A stretch of DNA of 34,888 nucleotides from a bacterium (GTDB lineage Bacteria; RBG-13-61-14; DATKZS01): the NCBI GenBank assembly GCA_046484135.1, contig JAWOBU010000081.1, positions 1 through 34,888 on the forward strand, read 5' to 3'. Made by a program: the position numbers and the translations under genes. The notes under the pieces were generated by a model. The model had not been told where the DNA came from. It saw nothing but the letters and a program-made list of their open reading frames with translations, and searched no databases. This document shows positions 1 to 8,645 of the stretch, piece after piece. Numbering within the stretch: position 1 is the first letter of the stretch; each line of letters starts with the position of its first letter.

Positions 1-233
1 CAGGGTGTGAGCCTCTTGTAGCCGCGCAGAAAATCCTCCTGCTCCAGAATCCGTTCCTCGTCCCGGTACGCCGCTATCAGGTCCAGCCGCCCCTCTCTCT
101 CCCAGCGGCTTAGGTCATCAGGAGACACGTGCCTGGCAAAAGGCTCCCGGCAGCATTTGCCGCACCGCAGACACACCGGCTCTCCCGGCCGATCGGCAAC
201 GGCGCCGCTTTCTTTCTCTCCCTTATAGTCCAC
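1..233 (-). CDS. YkgJ/UPF0153-family cysteine cluster protein, N-terminal part (runs off the window edge)
   Basis: Not in the ORF track. Manual translation from GTG at 233 gives MDYKGEKESGAVADRPGEPVCLRCGKCCREPFARHVSPDDLSRWEREGRLDL..., with the CxxCxxCC motif, and stays open to position 1. Confidence 0.75.
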   Translation of the reverse strand, partial: MDYKGEKESGAVADRPGEPVCLRCGKCCREPFARHVSPDDLSRWEREGRLDLIAAYRDEERILEQEDFLRGYKRLTP

Positions 234-255
234 TGCAGCCGGGTCGCAAAAAAGG

Positions 256-1113
256 CTAAAGCGCAACGTCGCCGATCTCGGCGTGTCCGCCCTTGATCAC
301 CAGCTCCCCGTTCTGGGTGGCTGCCTCGAAGCCCACCGTGCTGTCGTCTTTCCACCAGCCGGTGATGGTGATCTCGTCGCCCGGCCGGACCGGCTTGGAG
401 AAGCGGACAAAGAGCCTCTTCAGCTTCAGGGGGTTCCCCTCGCAAACATTGCCCACTACCGCTTTGTGGCAGAATGCCATGGTGCAGAGCCCCTGCAGAA
501 TGATTCCGCCCAGGCCCACCTTCTTGGCGAACTCGTCGTTTACGTGGATGGGGTTATGGTCTCCCGAAGGCTCGGCGTAAAGGAAGGTCTGACCGTAAAG
601 CACGTTCTCCTTGGACTGGAACGCCTGTTTGCTCCGGTCCTCCTCCGGCTCCGGTGACTTGGCCTTCTTTTCCATCTTGCCGTAGCCCCGGACAAAGAAG
701 TTGAAGCTCTGCCGGCAAACCATGTCCCCGCTCTCGCTGTCGCTAGTGGTGCTCTCCACCTTTAAGAGCTCCCCGCTGCCCTTGTCAACGATGTCCTTGA
801 TCCTGCCCTTGGTCTTCACCTTCTGCCCCGGACGAACCGCCTTGAACCACTCGATGTCCTGCTCGCCGTGGACCAAAAAAGCCATGAAGCCTTCGCCGAC
901 CTCCTTGTCGAAAAAGACCTGGCCCAGCGCGGAACCGCCGTAGTTCACCGCGTACATGGGAGGCGCAATGATGCCCTCTTCCCGCACCGCGTCCATGTAC
1001 CACGGGTTGGGGTCGTTGGTGGAAACAGCGTAGTAGATGGTCTCGTGCTGCTTGACCTCCACCTCCGACTCCGGATACTCCTTGCCAATGGTCTCCTTGT
1101 TAAGCTCAGGCAT
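256..1113 (-). CDS. MaoC-family (R)-enoyl-CoA hydratase/dehydratase, double hotdog fold
   Basis: Hydratase-2 motif YAEPSGDHNPIHV and RFSKPVRPGD in the C-terminal half; N-terminal MaoC_N-like half with LVHGEQ; GGAG-type RBS upstream. Confidence 0.88.
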   Translation of the reverse strand: MPELNKETIGKEYPESEVEVKQHETIYYAVSTNDPNPWYMDAVREEGIIAPPMYAVNYGGSALGQVFFDKEVGEGFMAFLVHGEQDIEWFKAVRPGQKVKTKGRIKDIVDKGSGELLKVESTTSDSESGDMVCRQSFNFFVRGYGKMEKKAKSPEPEEDRSKQAFQSKENVLYGQTFLYAEPSGDHNPIHVNDEFAKKVGLGGIILQGLCTMAFCHKAVVGNVCEGNPLKLKRLFVRFSKPVRPGDEITITGWWKDDSTVGFEAATQNGELVIKGGHAEIGDVAL

Positions 1114-1270
1114 GACTCCCTCTCCTTTCCTGATACTGTTGGTTTTTACCTCTATAAACCCAAGCCAAGCTCTTTAACCACTGCACAGCCTGCCGAGCTA
1201 TGCATTGTAACCATGAGATGTCCTCCCTCTTTCATATCACAGGTTACGCCGGTTTTCATCCCTTAATATG

Positions 1271-2143
1271 CTATTCGCCTTGTTTGAACTCCTCGAAAAC
1301 CCGGTCGGCCATATAGCTCGAGCGGACCAGGGGGCCGGCAAACACCTGGAGACCCATCCCTTCGCCCTCTTCCACGAACTCATCATACTCGGCCGGCTCC
1401 AGGTATCGGGCCACCGGCAGCTTGTCCTTTCGGGGCTGCAAGTACTGTCCTATGGTAACGATGCGGCAGCCCGCTCCGCAAAGTTCCCGGAGGGCCTCCT
1501 TAACTTCCCGCTTTGTCTCGCCCAGGCCCACCATGAGGCCGCTCTTTAATATCATCTCATCGCTCATGCCGGCCGCGGCCCGGAGAACATCCAAAGAGCG
1601 CCGGTAATCCGCTCGCGGTCTTGCCTCGGGGTACAGACGAAAAACCGTCTCCAGGTTGTGGTTCAAAACGTCCGGTCCTGCTTCCATCACCGTACGAAGC
1701 GCGTTCTCCTCTCCCCCGAAGTCCGGCACCAACACCTCGACCGTGGAAGCGGAAAGCCGCTCGCGAAGGGAACGGATGACCCGCGCGAACTGGACCGCTC
1801 CTCCGTCGGCAAGGTCGTCGCGGGTTACCGAGGTCACCACCACGTGCCGGAGCCCCAGCTCGCGGGCGGCCTCGGCAAGAGCTTCCGGCTCGTCCGGGTC
1901 CACCGGCTCATGAGGACCGCTCTCGACCGCACAGAAACCACAGCCGCGGTTGCAGCGCGAGCCCAGGATCATGAACGCCGCGGTCGGCCTGGAAAAGCAT
2001 TCCACGATGTTGGGACAGCGCGCTGACTCGCACACCGTATGCAGCCTTGCTTTGCGGAGCCGGGCCTTGATCTTATGGACCTCGGAACGCGACCGGCAAC
2101 TATTTTTTACAAACGAAGGAAGCCTTTGTCTCTTTTCTTTCAT
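1271..2143 (-). CDS. lipA: Lipoyl synthase
   Basis: CESARCPNIVEC (CX4CX5C), CNRGCGFC (radical SAM motif), VVTSVTRDDL, NHNLETV, GQYLQP and RSSY. Start moved to ATG 2143 because the longer ORF overlaps the upstream gene. Confidence 0.96.
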   Translation of the reverse strand: MKEKRQRLPSFVKNSCRSRSEVHKIKARLRKARLHTVCESARCPNIVECFSRPTAAFMILGSRCNRGCGFCAVESGPHEPVDPDEPEALAEAARELGLRHVVVTSVTRDDLADGGAVQFARVIRSLRERLSASTVEVLVPDFGGEENALRTVMEAGPDVLNHNLETVFRLYPEARPRADYRRSLDVLRAAAGMSDEMILKSGLMVGLGETKREVKEALRELCGAGCRIVTIGQYLQPRKDKLPVARYLEPAEYDEFVEEGEGMGLQVFAGPLVRSSYMADRVFEEFKQGE

Positions 2144-2154
2144 TTCTGCCGCGT

Positions 2155-3822
2155 TCAGGGGCTCACCCGGTTTATGCGGTTTGCGAACTCCCGGACCTTG
2201 TTTTTGTCCGCATCCTGGAACAGGTAAAAGGTAAAGCTGAATTTTTCTTCTTTTGCGTTTTCCACCTCGAAGGCGATCCTGTTTTGGTCGGGGTACAGCC
2301 CGGCTGCCACGCATCCGGCGGCATTGTCCCGGACCAGGTAATCGGACCCTCCCAGTCCTATAAACCCGTTCGGCAGGCCGAGGTGTATGGATTTGCCCTT
2401 GGTCTCGTCAAGGGCGATGGTCCGCACGGTGTCTTCCAACATGGCCGGGCTGTACTCGACGGTGCCTACTTTCCAGGGAAAGCCCACGCCGCCGTCTCCT
2501 TTTCCGGACCACTTTACCTCGATGCAGTAGCCGGGCGCCCCTTCCAGTCTGCTCCAGCTAATACTGGCCTCTTCGGCGTTGCCCCACCTCTCCAGTCGGA
2601 AAGGCGGGTCGGATACTTCCCCCGTACAGGTGGGCCTGTCCTCCGCCCGCTCTCTCAAGGCGGCCATGTTAAGACTCGGGTCGCGTGACAGGGTCTCTTT
2701 AACCTTGTCCATCATCCGGTAGTCCCAGTCCACCTCGACCGGCAGGGGGAACCACCCGGACGGATCGGACACCTCTGCGTTCACCATGTATCCCCAGGCC
2801 TCCTCGAGAAGACCCGGATCAGCTCCCGCCCGCTCCGCCTCGATCAGGAGAGAACGCACTTTCCAGTTCTCGGTCCTCATGTCATAGTCCTTCTCCCAGG
2901 GGGTGGCGTACTTGCCCATCCACTGGAACACGCCGGAGCCGTCATCCGGCCGCCAGGGAGAGTCCAGGACCGGACGCAAAGGTTTCGGCTCCACGCCCGC
3001 ATCACGCAGGGCTTTCACGTACTCGGTTATGGTTGAGGGCTTATATCCTTTTTCCAATTCCTCTTTCATCTCTTTCTCCAGGAGATAGAGGCGGATGGGG
3101 TTTTTATGAAAGAGGCCGGGAAAGTAAGGGCTGAACCCGCCGGTTACCACCAGCTCGCCGTCTCCCAGGAAGTGCCACTTTACCTTTATCCCGCTTTTTT
3201 CATGCACGGCTTTCTTATTGGTTAAAACCTCCATGCCGTTAACCGTGAAGTAAGGGAAGCGGGGATCGTCCTGGAACCAGCGGTACTGGCTGGTGGTCAT
3301 GACTCCCACGTCATAGCCGTGCTTTTCGGCCATGACGGAGTATCCCTCGCCGAACTGGGCCTCCTGGGCGAATATCACGCCCGCCCTTTCCATGTTGTGC
3401 TCGTCCAGTATCCGGTCGTTTATGCGCAGGGACCAGTCCTGGTCGTGTCCGGGAAACGCAAGCAAAAGCTGGGCTCCGTAATGGAAAGAGACCAACTCGG
3501 CCTGGCCGGAGTTGACCAGCTTTCGGAACTTGTCCAGTGCCGCGGGGAACTTCTCTGCCATGTACTCGACCATCCGGCCCTGCATCTCGAAGCTGGCGCC
3601 CCAGTCCGGATGCTCCAGATAAAAGTCCACCAGCGGCTCGAAGCTCTGTTTGACGATCCTCCGCATTGCGTTCTCGTCTCCCACCACGTACTGGATGTTG
3701 AAGTGATACAGGTTCAAGAGGTAGCCTTCCGGGGCCGGCTTTGCTTGCGGAGCTCCGGAAGAGACGAAAAAAGCGGACAGTACAAGCACGGCCACCGCGG
3801 CCGGCAGCGTTCTTTTTCTCAT
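2155..3822 (-). CDS. Secreted glycoside hydrolase family 57-like protein
   Basis: Signal peptide (MRKR, hydrophobic stretch, AxA-like site). GH57-like conserved regions HFNIQY, ELVSFHY, FAQEAQ (Glu), GDGEL (Asp) and AEVSDPSGW. Confidence 0.7.
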   Translation of the reverse strand: MRKRTLPAAVAVLVLSAFFVSSGAPQAKPAPEGYLLNLYHFNIQYVVGDENAMRRIVKQSFEPLVDFYLEHPDWGASFEMQGRMVEYMAEKFPAALDKFRKLVNSGQAELVSFHYGAQLLLAFPGHDQDWSLRINDRILDEHNMERAGVIFAQEAQFGEGYSVMAEKHGYDVGVMTTSQYRWFQDDPRFPYFTVNGMEVLTNKKAVHEKSGIKVKWHFLGDGELVVTGGFSPYFPGLFHKNPIRLYLLEKEMKEELEKGYKPSTITEYVKALRDAGVEPKPLRPVLDSPWRPDDGSGVFQWMGKYATPWEKDYDMRTENWKVRSLLIEAERAGADPGLLEEAWGYMVNAEVSDPSGWFPLPVEVDWDYRMMDKVKETLSRDPSLNMAALRERAEDRPTCTGEVSDPPFRLERWGNAEEASISWSRLEGAPGYCIEVKWSGKGDGGVGFPWKVGTVEYSPAMLEDTVRTIALDETKGKSIHLGLPNGFIGLGGSDYLVRDNAAGCVAAGLYPDQNRIAFEVENAKEEKFSFTFYLFQDADKNKVREFANRINRVSP

Positions 3823-3872
3823 CTAAGCCCTCCTGTCATGACTTTTCAAAGGAAGCGTTCTCTTCGGGACAC

Positions 3873-3902
3873 ATTTTATGCACGGTTCAGGATGGAGGTC
3901 AA
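3873..3902 (-). promoter_or_regulatory. Putative sigma70 promoter for the GH57-lipA unit
   Basis: Minus strand TTGACC-18 bp-TAAAAT about 50 bp upstream of the 3822 start. Confidence 0.4.
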
Positions 3903-3948
3903 CCGTGCCGGCAGCGCCTACGGGGTTTTAACCTCCTCCTTGCGAGGG

Positions 3949-4536
3949 TCAAGCTTCGGCGGGGGACACGTTTGCGTCTGGGGTTTCCGATTCCTCGTGT
4001 AAAAGGGCCATGGCGAAATAAAGTACGGTGATGGCCCAGGCCACCCATATCACGCTGAGGGCGGCCATAACATCAGCCACATGAATGTAATTTACAGGCA
4101 TGGAGAAAAACAGCAATTGTTTGGCTGCTAAAAGCCCCTTCAACCCTTTCATGGTAGAGGTGATCCTGTCCGCGAACACAGCCAATCCAAAGGCCAGCAT
4201 CATAACATCTACAACCGTTATAAGCCGCAGGGACCACTCTTTGGGCCGGTAGGCCAAAACCGTCAATAGAATGAAACCAAACAGGACAACCCCCTCCACC
4301 TTGAGAATCATGCTCTTTATGTCGCTGGGCAAGGGATTCCGTTTGGCTTCCATGTTAACGAAGCTCTTGGCGTCCATTTCTCCGACCGGCGGCTTTTCAG
4401 TGGCCGCCTTTACTTTCTCCGCGTCAATGGGAGCGACACGCACGCCCGTTAACACGGCCGCTGTAATCAACACCATTAACAGCGGCGCGGCGATCAGGGA
4501 AGCCATAAGTGCTTTTTTATGCTTTTTCTGGTCCAT
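3949..4536 (-). CDS. Hypothetical integral membrane protein (about 4 TM segments)
   Basis: 195-aa ORF that fills the gap, co-oriented with its neighbours, with several hydrophobic segments and a GAGG RBS; no family motif recognised. Confidence 0.7.
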   Translation of the reverse strand: MDQKKHKKALMASLIAAPLLMVLITAAVLTGVRVAPIDAEKVKAATEKPPVGEMDAKSFVNMEAKRNPLPSDIKSMILKVEGVVLFGFILLTVLAYRPKEWSLRLITVVDVMMLAFGLAVFADRITSTMKGLKGLLAAKQLLFFSMPVNYIHVADVMAALSVIWVAWAITVLYFAMALLHEESETPDANVSPAEA

Positions 4537-4589
4537 GAAGCGAAAACCTCTTTAAAAAAGTTGTAGAGCCGTCCGCGTACTTTTCAAGG

Positions 4590-5018
4590 CTAAAGCGCGA
4601 AAAGCTCCTTTTCCAGTATGGTAATATAATTCTCCCGCAGCGCTGTGACGGCTTCTTCCAGGGGATATGCCCCCACCACCAGCACCGCGTCTTTGCGGAG
4701 CTTGCCGATGGCCGGATATAAAAACTCGACGTTGATGTCCCGTGACTTGAGCGGACGCAAAATCGCGTTAAGCCCTCCAGGATGGTCAGGCGTCTCCACT
4801 GCCACCACCTCACGCTTGTCCACCTGGTAGCCGTGGGCGATAAGTATTTCCGAAGCCTTGGAAGGATCATCCGCGACCAGGTGAATACAGGCGCTCCCGC
4901 CCTGCACCGCCGCTGTAATGGCCTTTATGTTTATCCCCTCGTCGCCCAGGATGTCGCTGATCTTGGAAAGCTCGCCCGGCTCATTACTCAAGCTCACCGT
5001 CAACTGCTCCAGTATCAT
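4590..5018 (-). CDS. Tandem ACT domain protein
   Basis: QLTVSLSNEPGEL...INIKAI and VAVETPDHPGGL...INVEFLY form two ACT repeats; start overlaps the upstream stop (ATGA). Confidence 0.9.
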   Translation of the reverse strand: MILEQLTVSLSNEPGELSKISDILGDEGINIKAITAAVQGGSACIHLVADDPSKASEILIAHGYQVDKREVVAVETPDHPGGLNAILRPLKSRDINVEFLYPAIGKLRKDAVLVVGAYPLEEAVTALRENYITILEKELFAL

Positions 5019-5566
5019 TTCTCTCCCCCGCTGTTCATGAACTCTACTCCGCGCTCAAACGCCTTCCGATTCAGGTCCAGGACCTTCTTCTTCTTCTCAA
5101 AAATGATCCCGATAGCTTCCGAAAAAGCCTCGGTGTCCACGATGCCGGTTTTCCCCGCGAGCACGCCCATAATGACCATATTGGCCGCTCTTTCATTGGC
5201 CACTTCCTTGGCCAGTTGGTTGGCCGGTATTTCCACCACCTCGAGGTCGGACCTGGTCGGCCGCTCTTCCTCCACCAAGCTGGTGTTCAAGAACAGCAGT
5301 CCGCCGGGGGACACCACGTTCTCGAACTTCAACATGGAAGGAAGGTTCATGGCCACCAGGAACTCGGGCTGGGACGCGATGGGTGAAGCTATCTCCTCGT
5401 CTCCTACCGCGACCGTGCAGTTGGCGGTCCCTCCCCGGACCTCGGCGCCGTAGGACGGGAAATACGTGACGTACTTGTCCGCCAGCATCCCGGCATAGGC
5501 CAGGGTGTAGCCCATGGAAAGCACTCCCTGTCCTCCGAATCCGGCAAAAAACGTCTTGATTATCAT
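5015..5566 (-). CDS. 2-oxoacid:ferredoxin oxidoreductase gamma subunit
   Basis: AGFGGQGV, PSYGAEVRGGTANC and NMVIMG motifs. Confidence 0.93.
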   Translation of the reverse strand: MIIKTFFAGFGGQGVLSMGYTLAYAGMLADKYVTYFPSYGAEVRGGTANCTVAVGDEEIASPIASQPEFLVAMNLPSMLKFENVVSPGGLLFLNTSLVEEERPTRSDLEVVEIPANQLAKEVANERAANMVIMGVLAGKTGIVDTEAFSEAIGIIFEKKKKVLDLNRKAFERGVEFMNSGGEK

Positions 5567-5573
5567 CTTAGCC

Positions 5574-6350
5574 CTACCCCGTCTTCCTGCTTTTGCCGGC
5601 CCGCCGGTCCGCGAGCACTCCCGGCGGGAAGTGCTCGACCATCTCCGTCTCCACCCACTGACAGGCCTGCAAGGGCGTCATCTTCCAGTTGGTGGGACAC
5701 GGAGAAAGAAACTCGACCAGGGAGAAGCCTTCCCCGTCCATCTGGCACTGGAAGGCCTCCTTCAAGGACTTCTTGGCCTTGGTGATGCTCTTGGGACCGG
5801 TAACCATGGCCCGGACCACGTAAGCGGACCCCGGTATCTCCGCCGCCAAATGTGATATGTCCAGGGGATGGCCCTCCCGGCCTATGGACCTGCCCAGCGG
5901 AGCAGTGGTGGCAATCATACCCGGCACGGTGGTAGGCGCCATCTGCCCCCCCGTCATACCGTAGATAGCGTTGTTTATAAAGATCACGGTAATGTTCTCT
6001 CCCCGCGAAGCCGCGTGGATGGTCTCGGATGTCCCGATGGCTGCGAGGTCTCCGTCGCCCTGGTAGGCAAAAACCACGTTATCGGGAAGGGTCCTTTTCA
6101 TGCCGGTGGCCACTGCCGCGGCCCGGCCGTGGGCGGCTTCCGCTATGTCCACGTCCAGGTAGTTATAGGCCAGGACCGCGCATCCCGCAGGCGCTACTCC
6201 CAGCGCCTTTTCTCCGATCTCCAGCTCCTCGAAGACCTCGCATAAAATCCGGTGGACAATGGAATGCCCGCACCCGGGGCAGTAATGCATGGGCACCTTC
6301 TTCATATACTTGGGCCTTTTATAGCGTAACTTCATCTTCTTCTCCGTCAA
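5574..6350 (-). CDS. 2-oxoacid:ferredoxin oxidoreductase beta subunit (TPP-binding)
   Basis: YCPGCGH, HGRA, QGDGD...NN (TPP motif), YGMTGGQMAPTT and SPCPTNW. Confidence 0.93.
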   Translation of the reverse strand: MTEKKMKLRYKRPKYMKKVPMHYCPGCGHSIVHRILCEVFEELEIGEKALGVAPAGCAVLAYNYLDVDIAEAAHGRAAAVATGMKRTLPDNVVFAYQGDGDLAAIGTSETIHAASRGENITVIFINNAIYGMTGGQMAPTTVPGMIATTAPLGRSIGREGHPLDISHLAAEIPGSAYVVRAMVTGPKSITKAKKSLKEAFQCQMDGEGFSLVEFLSPCPTNWKMTPLQACQWVETEMVEHFPPGVLADRRAGKSRKTG

Positions 6351-7432
6351 ATGCAGAACTTCTGGTAGTAGCGGGTGGTGATGGCCTTGGACAGCTCCAG
6401 GGGAGTGGGGATGACCCCTCCAGGCCGGGCGTAAAGCGAGCAGTCCACCTTGCCTTCCACCACCCTTTTCACGTCCTCGATCATCTGGCCGGCGTTAAGC
6501 TCGAAAACAAGCAGCTCTCCAATGCCCCGGCCCACCAGCTCCTGCAAGGCTTCTGTGGGAAAAGGCCAGAGGGTTATGGGCCTCATGAGACCCACCTGCA
6601 TCCCTTCCTTGCGAACGCGGTTGATGGCCCCCTTGGCTATGCGGGCCGCGGTCCCGAACGCCACCACCGCCATCCGGGCGTCGTCCATCATGTACTCTTC
6701 CCACCGCGTCTCCTTGTTCTCGATCTCCTTGTACTTCCTTTGCAACTTCCAGTTGTGCTCCTCCATGACCTTGGTGTCCAGGATGAGCGAGATGCTGCGC
6801 CGGCCCGGACGACCCTTTGCACCCTGCATGGTCCATTCCTTGACAGGAAGCTTTTTTAAATCCACCGGCTCGGGCAGCACTATGGGCTCCATGGTGTTCC
6901 CGAGCATTCCATCGGCCAGGATAAGCACGGGCGACCGGTACCTGTCCGCCAGGTCAAACGACTGGTAAACCAGGTCCGCCAGCTCCTGCACCGACGCGGG
7001 CGCAAGCACCGGCGTGCGGTAATCGCCGTGTCCTCCGCCGCGGGTGGACTGAAAGTAATCGCACTGCGAACCAGCTATGTTGCCGAGACCCGGTCCGCCC
7101 CTGCACATGTTCACTATGACCGCGGGAAGCTCGTGCCCGGCCAGAAAACTGATGCCTTCCTGCTTCAGGCTGATGCCGGGGCTGGAGGACGTGGTCATGG
7201 CCCGGGCGCCGGTGGTTGCCGCACCCTGCACCATGCTGATGGACGCTATTTCGCTCTCGCCCTGGATAAAAACCCCGCCGGCCTTGGGAAGGTACTCGGA
7301 CATGTACTCCGGGACCTCGTTCTGGGGAGTGATGGGATATCCCGCGTAAAAACGGCAGCCCGCACGGATGGCGGCCTCGGCAAGAGCGTGGTTGCCCCGC
7401 ATCAACACCTTTTCCACTTTCTTCTTACTCAC
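6347..7432 (-). CDS. vorB: 2-oxoacid:ferredoxin oxidoreductase alpha subunit (VorB-like)
   Basis: GNHALAEAAIRAGC, GYPITPQ, ESE, TSSSPGISLKQE, RGGPGLGNI and GGGHGDY, typical of the VorB-type subfamily. The substrate cannot be determined from the sequence. Confidence 0.9.
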   Translation of the reverse strand: MSKKKVEKVLMRGNHALAEAAIRAGCRFYAGYPITPQNEVPEYMSEYLPKAGGVFIQGESEIASISMVQGAATTGARAMTTSSSPGISLKQEGISFLAGHELPAVIVNMCRGGPGLGNIAGSQCDYFQSTRGGGHGDYRTPVLAPASVQELADLVYQSFDLADRYRSPVLILADGMLGNTMEPIVLPEPVDLKKLPVKEWTMQGAKGRPGRRSISLILDTKVMEEHNWKLQRKYKEIENKETRWEEYMMDDARMAVVAFGTAARIAKGAINRVRKEGMQVGLMRPITLWPFPTEALQELVGRGIGELLVFELNAGQMIEDVKRVVEGKVDCSLYARPGGVIPTPLELSKAITTRYYQKFCI

Positions 7433-7652
7433 GCCACACCTCGATTATACCTTCCGGACAAACCACCGCGCAGATGCCGCAACCGTTACAGTCTTCCCCC
7501 ACCGGCGTCGCCGGATTATAGCCCTTGGTGTTATAGTAAGAAGCGAGCTCGATGGAATTCTTGGGACAATGCTCGATGCAGTAGCCGCAAGCTTTGCACA
7601 TCTCGGCTTCGATAATGATCTTTCCTTTTACCGCTTTCTTTTTCGCGCTCAT
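7425..7652 (-). CDS. 2-oxoacid:ferredoxin oxidoreductase delta subunit (2x[4Fe-4S] ferredoxin-like)
   Basis: CKACGYCIEHCP and CNGCGICAVVCP motifs; first gene of the operon. Confidence 0.93.
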   Translation of the reverse strand: MSAKKKAVKGKIIIEAEMCKACGYCIEHCPKNSIELASYYNTKGYNPATPVGEDCNGCGICAVVCPEGIIEVWRE

Positions 7653-7803
7653 TTACAAGTACTTCCTCCCGGCCAGGATACAAGTTGCACCCGTTCTCGC
7701 AGGAGCTTGGTCAATGCGTTATATATGCTGGAAAATTAAAGGTGGGCTCCCGCTTGTAAACTACTCCGGCCTGTACACCCAGAGCGCCCGGCCTTATTAT
7801 ATA

Positions 7804-8202
7804 TCAAAGGATTTTCAGGAGGTAATCGCTCAGAAGCTCCTGTTCATCCACTTCCTTTGACTCGGACTCCGAAGACTCCCGGCCTTGGGGCTCGGTTGCC
7901 GCTGCCTGTTCGGGCGCTCCCACGTAACCCGGCTGCACGTTGTAAGGGATATCATCTATAATGGCCGAATCCATGTAGATGTCCGCGCTTATCTTCTCGA
8001 GCTCGGACTTGACGTAGATTTTACCGACCAGCCCCTTTTTGTCGGGGGAGTCGTCCGCCACGCCGGTAAACTTGTAGGCCGGCGTCAGGTTGTATACCTG
8101 GTGCTCCCGGCCGTAGATCACCAGCTTGTCGCCTTGAAGCTCGGCTTTCTCTTCCGAGAAAAGCCGGTCCAGGACCGCCTGGGATATGAAAATCTTCTTC
8201 AT
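7804..8202 (-). CDS. Hypothetical protein
   Basis: 132-aa ORF with natural composition, an acidic linker and an amphipathic C-terminal helix (DEQELLSDYLLKIL); 11 bp downstream of the previous gene. Confidence 0.75.
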   Translation of the reverse strand: MKKIFISQAVLDRLFSEEKAELQGDKLVIYGREHQVYNLTPAYKFTGVADDSPDKKGLVGKIYVKSELEKISADIYMDSAIIDDIPYNVQPGYVGAPEQAAATEPQGRESSESESKEVDEQELLSDYLLKIL

Positions 8203-8213
8203 GTTCTTCCGCT

Positions 8214-8504
8214 CTATCCGATCAGGGTCTGCGCGAAAACCCTGACGTCCTTTTCCGTCCAGGGATGGTCCGGGCAGATCTTTTTCAGGATGCTTTTTAC
8301 GTTCTCCGCGTAATCGGCAATCTGGGCCACTGGAATCCCGGAGGACACCTTCTTGCCGATCACTCTTTCGCCTTCGATCCGGAGAACTTGCAGGTACTCG
8401 GGGTCATTGTTCTTAAAGTAGAACTGGTAAGCAGGAATACAGTTGTCCAGACCCTCCTGTACCTTGTCCGTGATCCTGGCCCCGATAATAAGGTGGTTCT
8501 CCAT
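8214..8504 (-). CDS. Hypothetical protein
   Basis: 96-aa ORF with a GGGAG RBS and a good promoter upstream; no motif recognised. Confidence 0.72.
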   Translation of the reverse strand: MENHLIIGARITDKVQEGLDNCIPAYQFYFKNNDPEYLQVLRIEGERVIGKKVSSGIPVAQIADYAENVKSILKKICPDHPWTEKDVRVFAQTLIG

Positions 8505-8534
8505 GTAAAGAAATGCTCCCTTTGCTATTCTTCA

Positions 8535-8562
8535 ATTTTACACAGGCACGCCCGGCTGTCAA
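8535..8562 (-). promoter_or_regulatory. Putative sigma70 promoter
   Basis: Minus strand TTGACA-16 bp-TAAAAT, 30 bp upstream of the 8504 start. Confidence 0.6.
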
Positions 8563-8645
8563 GGTTTGCAAAAGCTTTGCTCTCCTGTAAGAAGAATTAA
8601 AGCTTGTTTTGTAAGCCCCCACATCCTGTGCTAGTTTTGCTTTCC

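Noticed and set aside
9..18. GAGCCTCTTG here, and CTCTTGCAAAA near 33881, resembling the MITE TIR
   Set aside because: These are partial matches inside a CDS or at a start codon, with no partner TIR or TSD.
2144..2314. N-terminal extensions in the ORF track for lipA (also asnB 8604, crp 26534, kinase 29841)
   Set aside because: They overlap neighbouring genes, promoters or repeats; downstream starts fit the family N-termini and RBS positions better.
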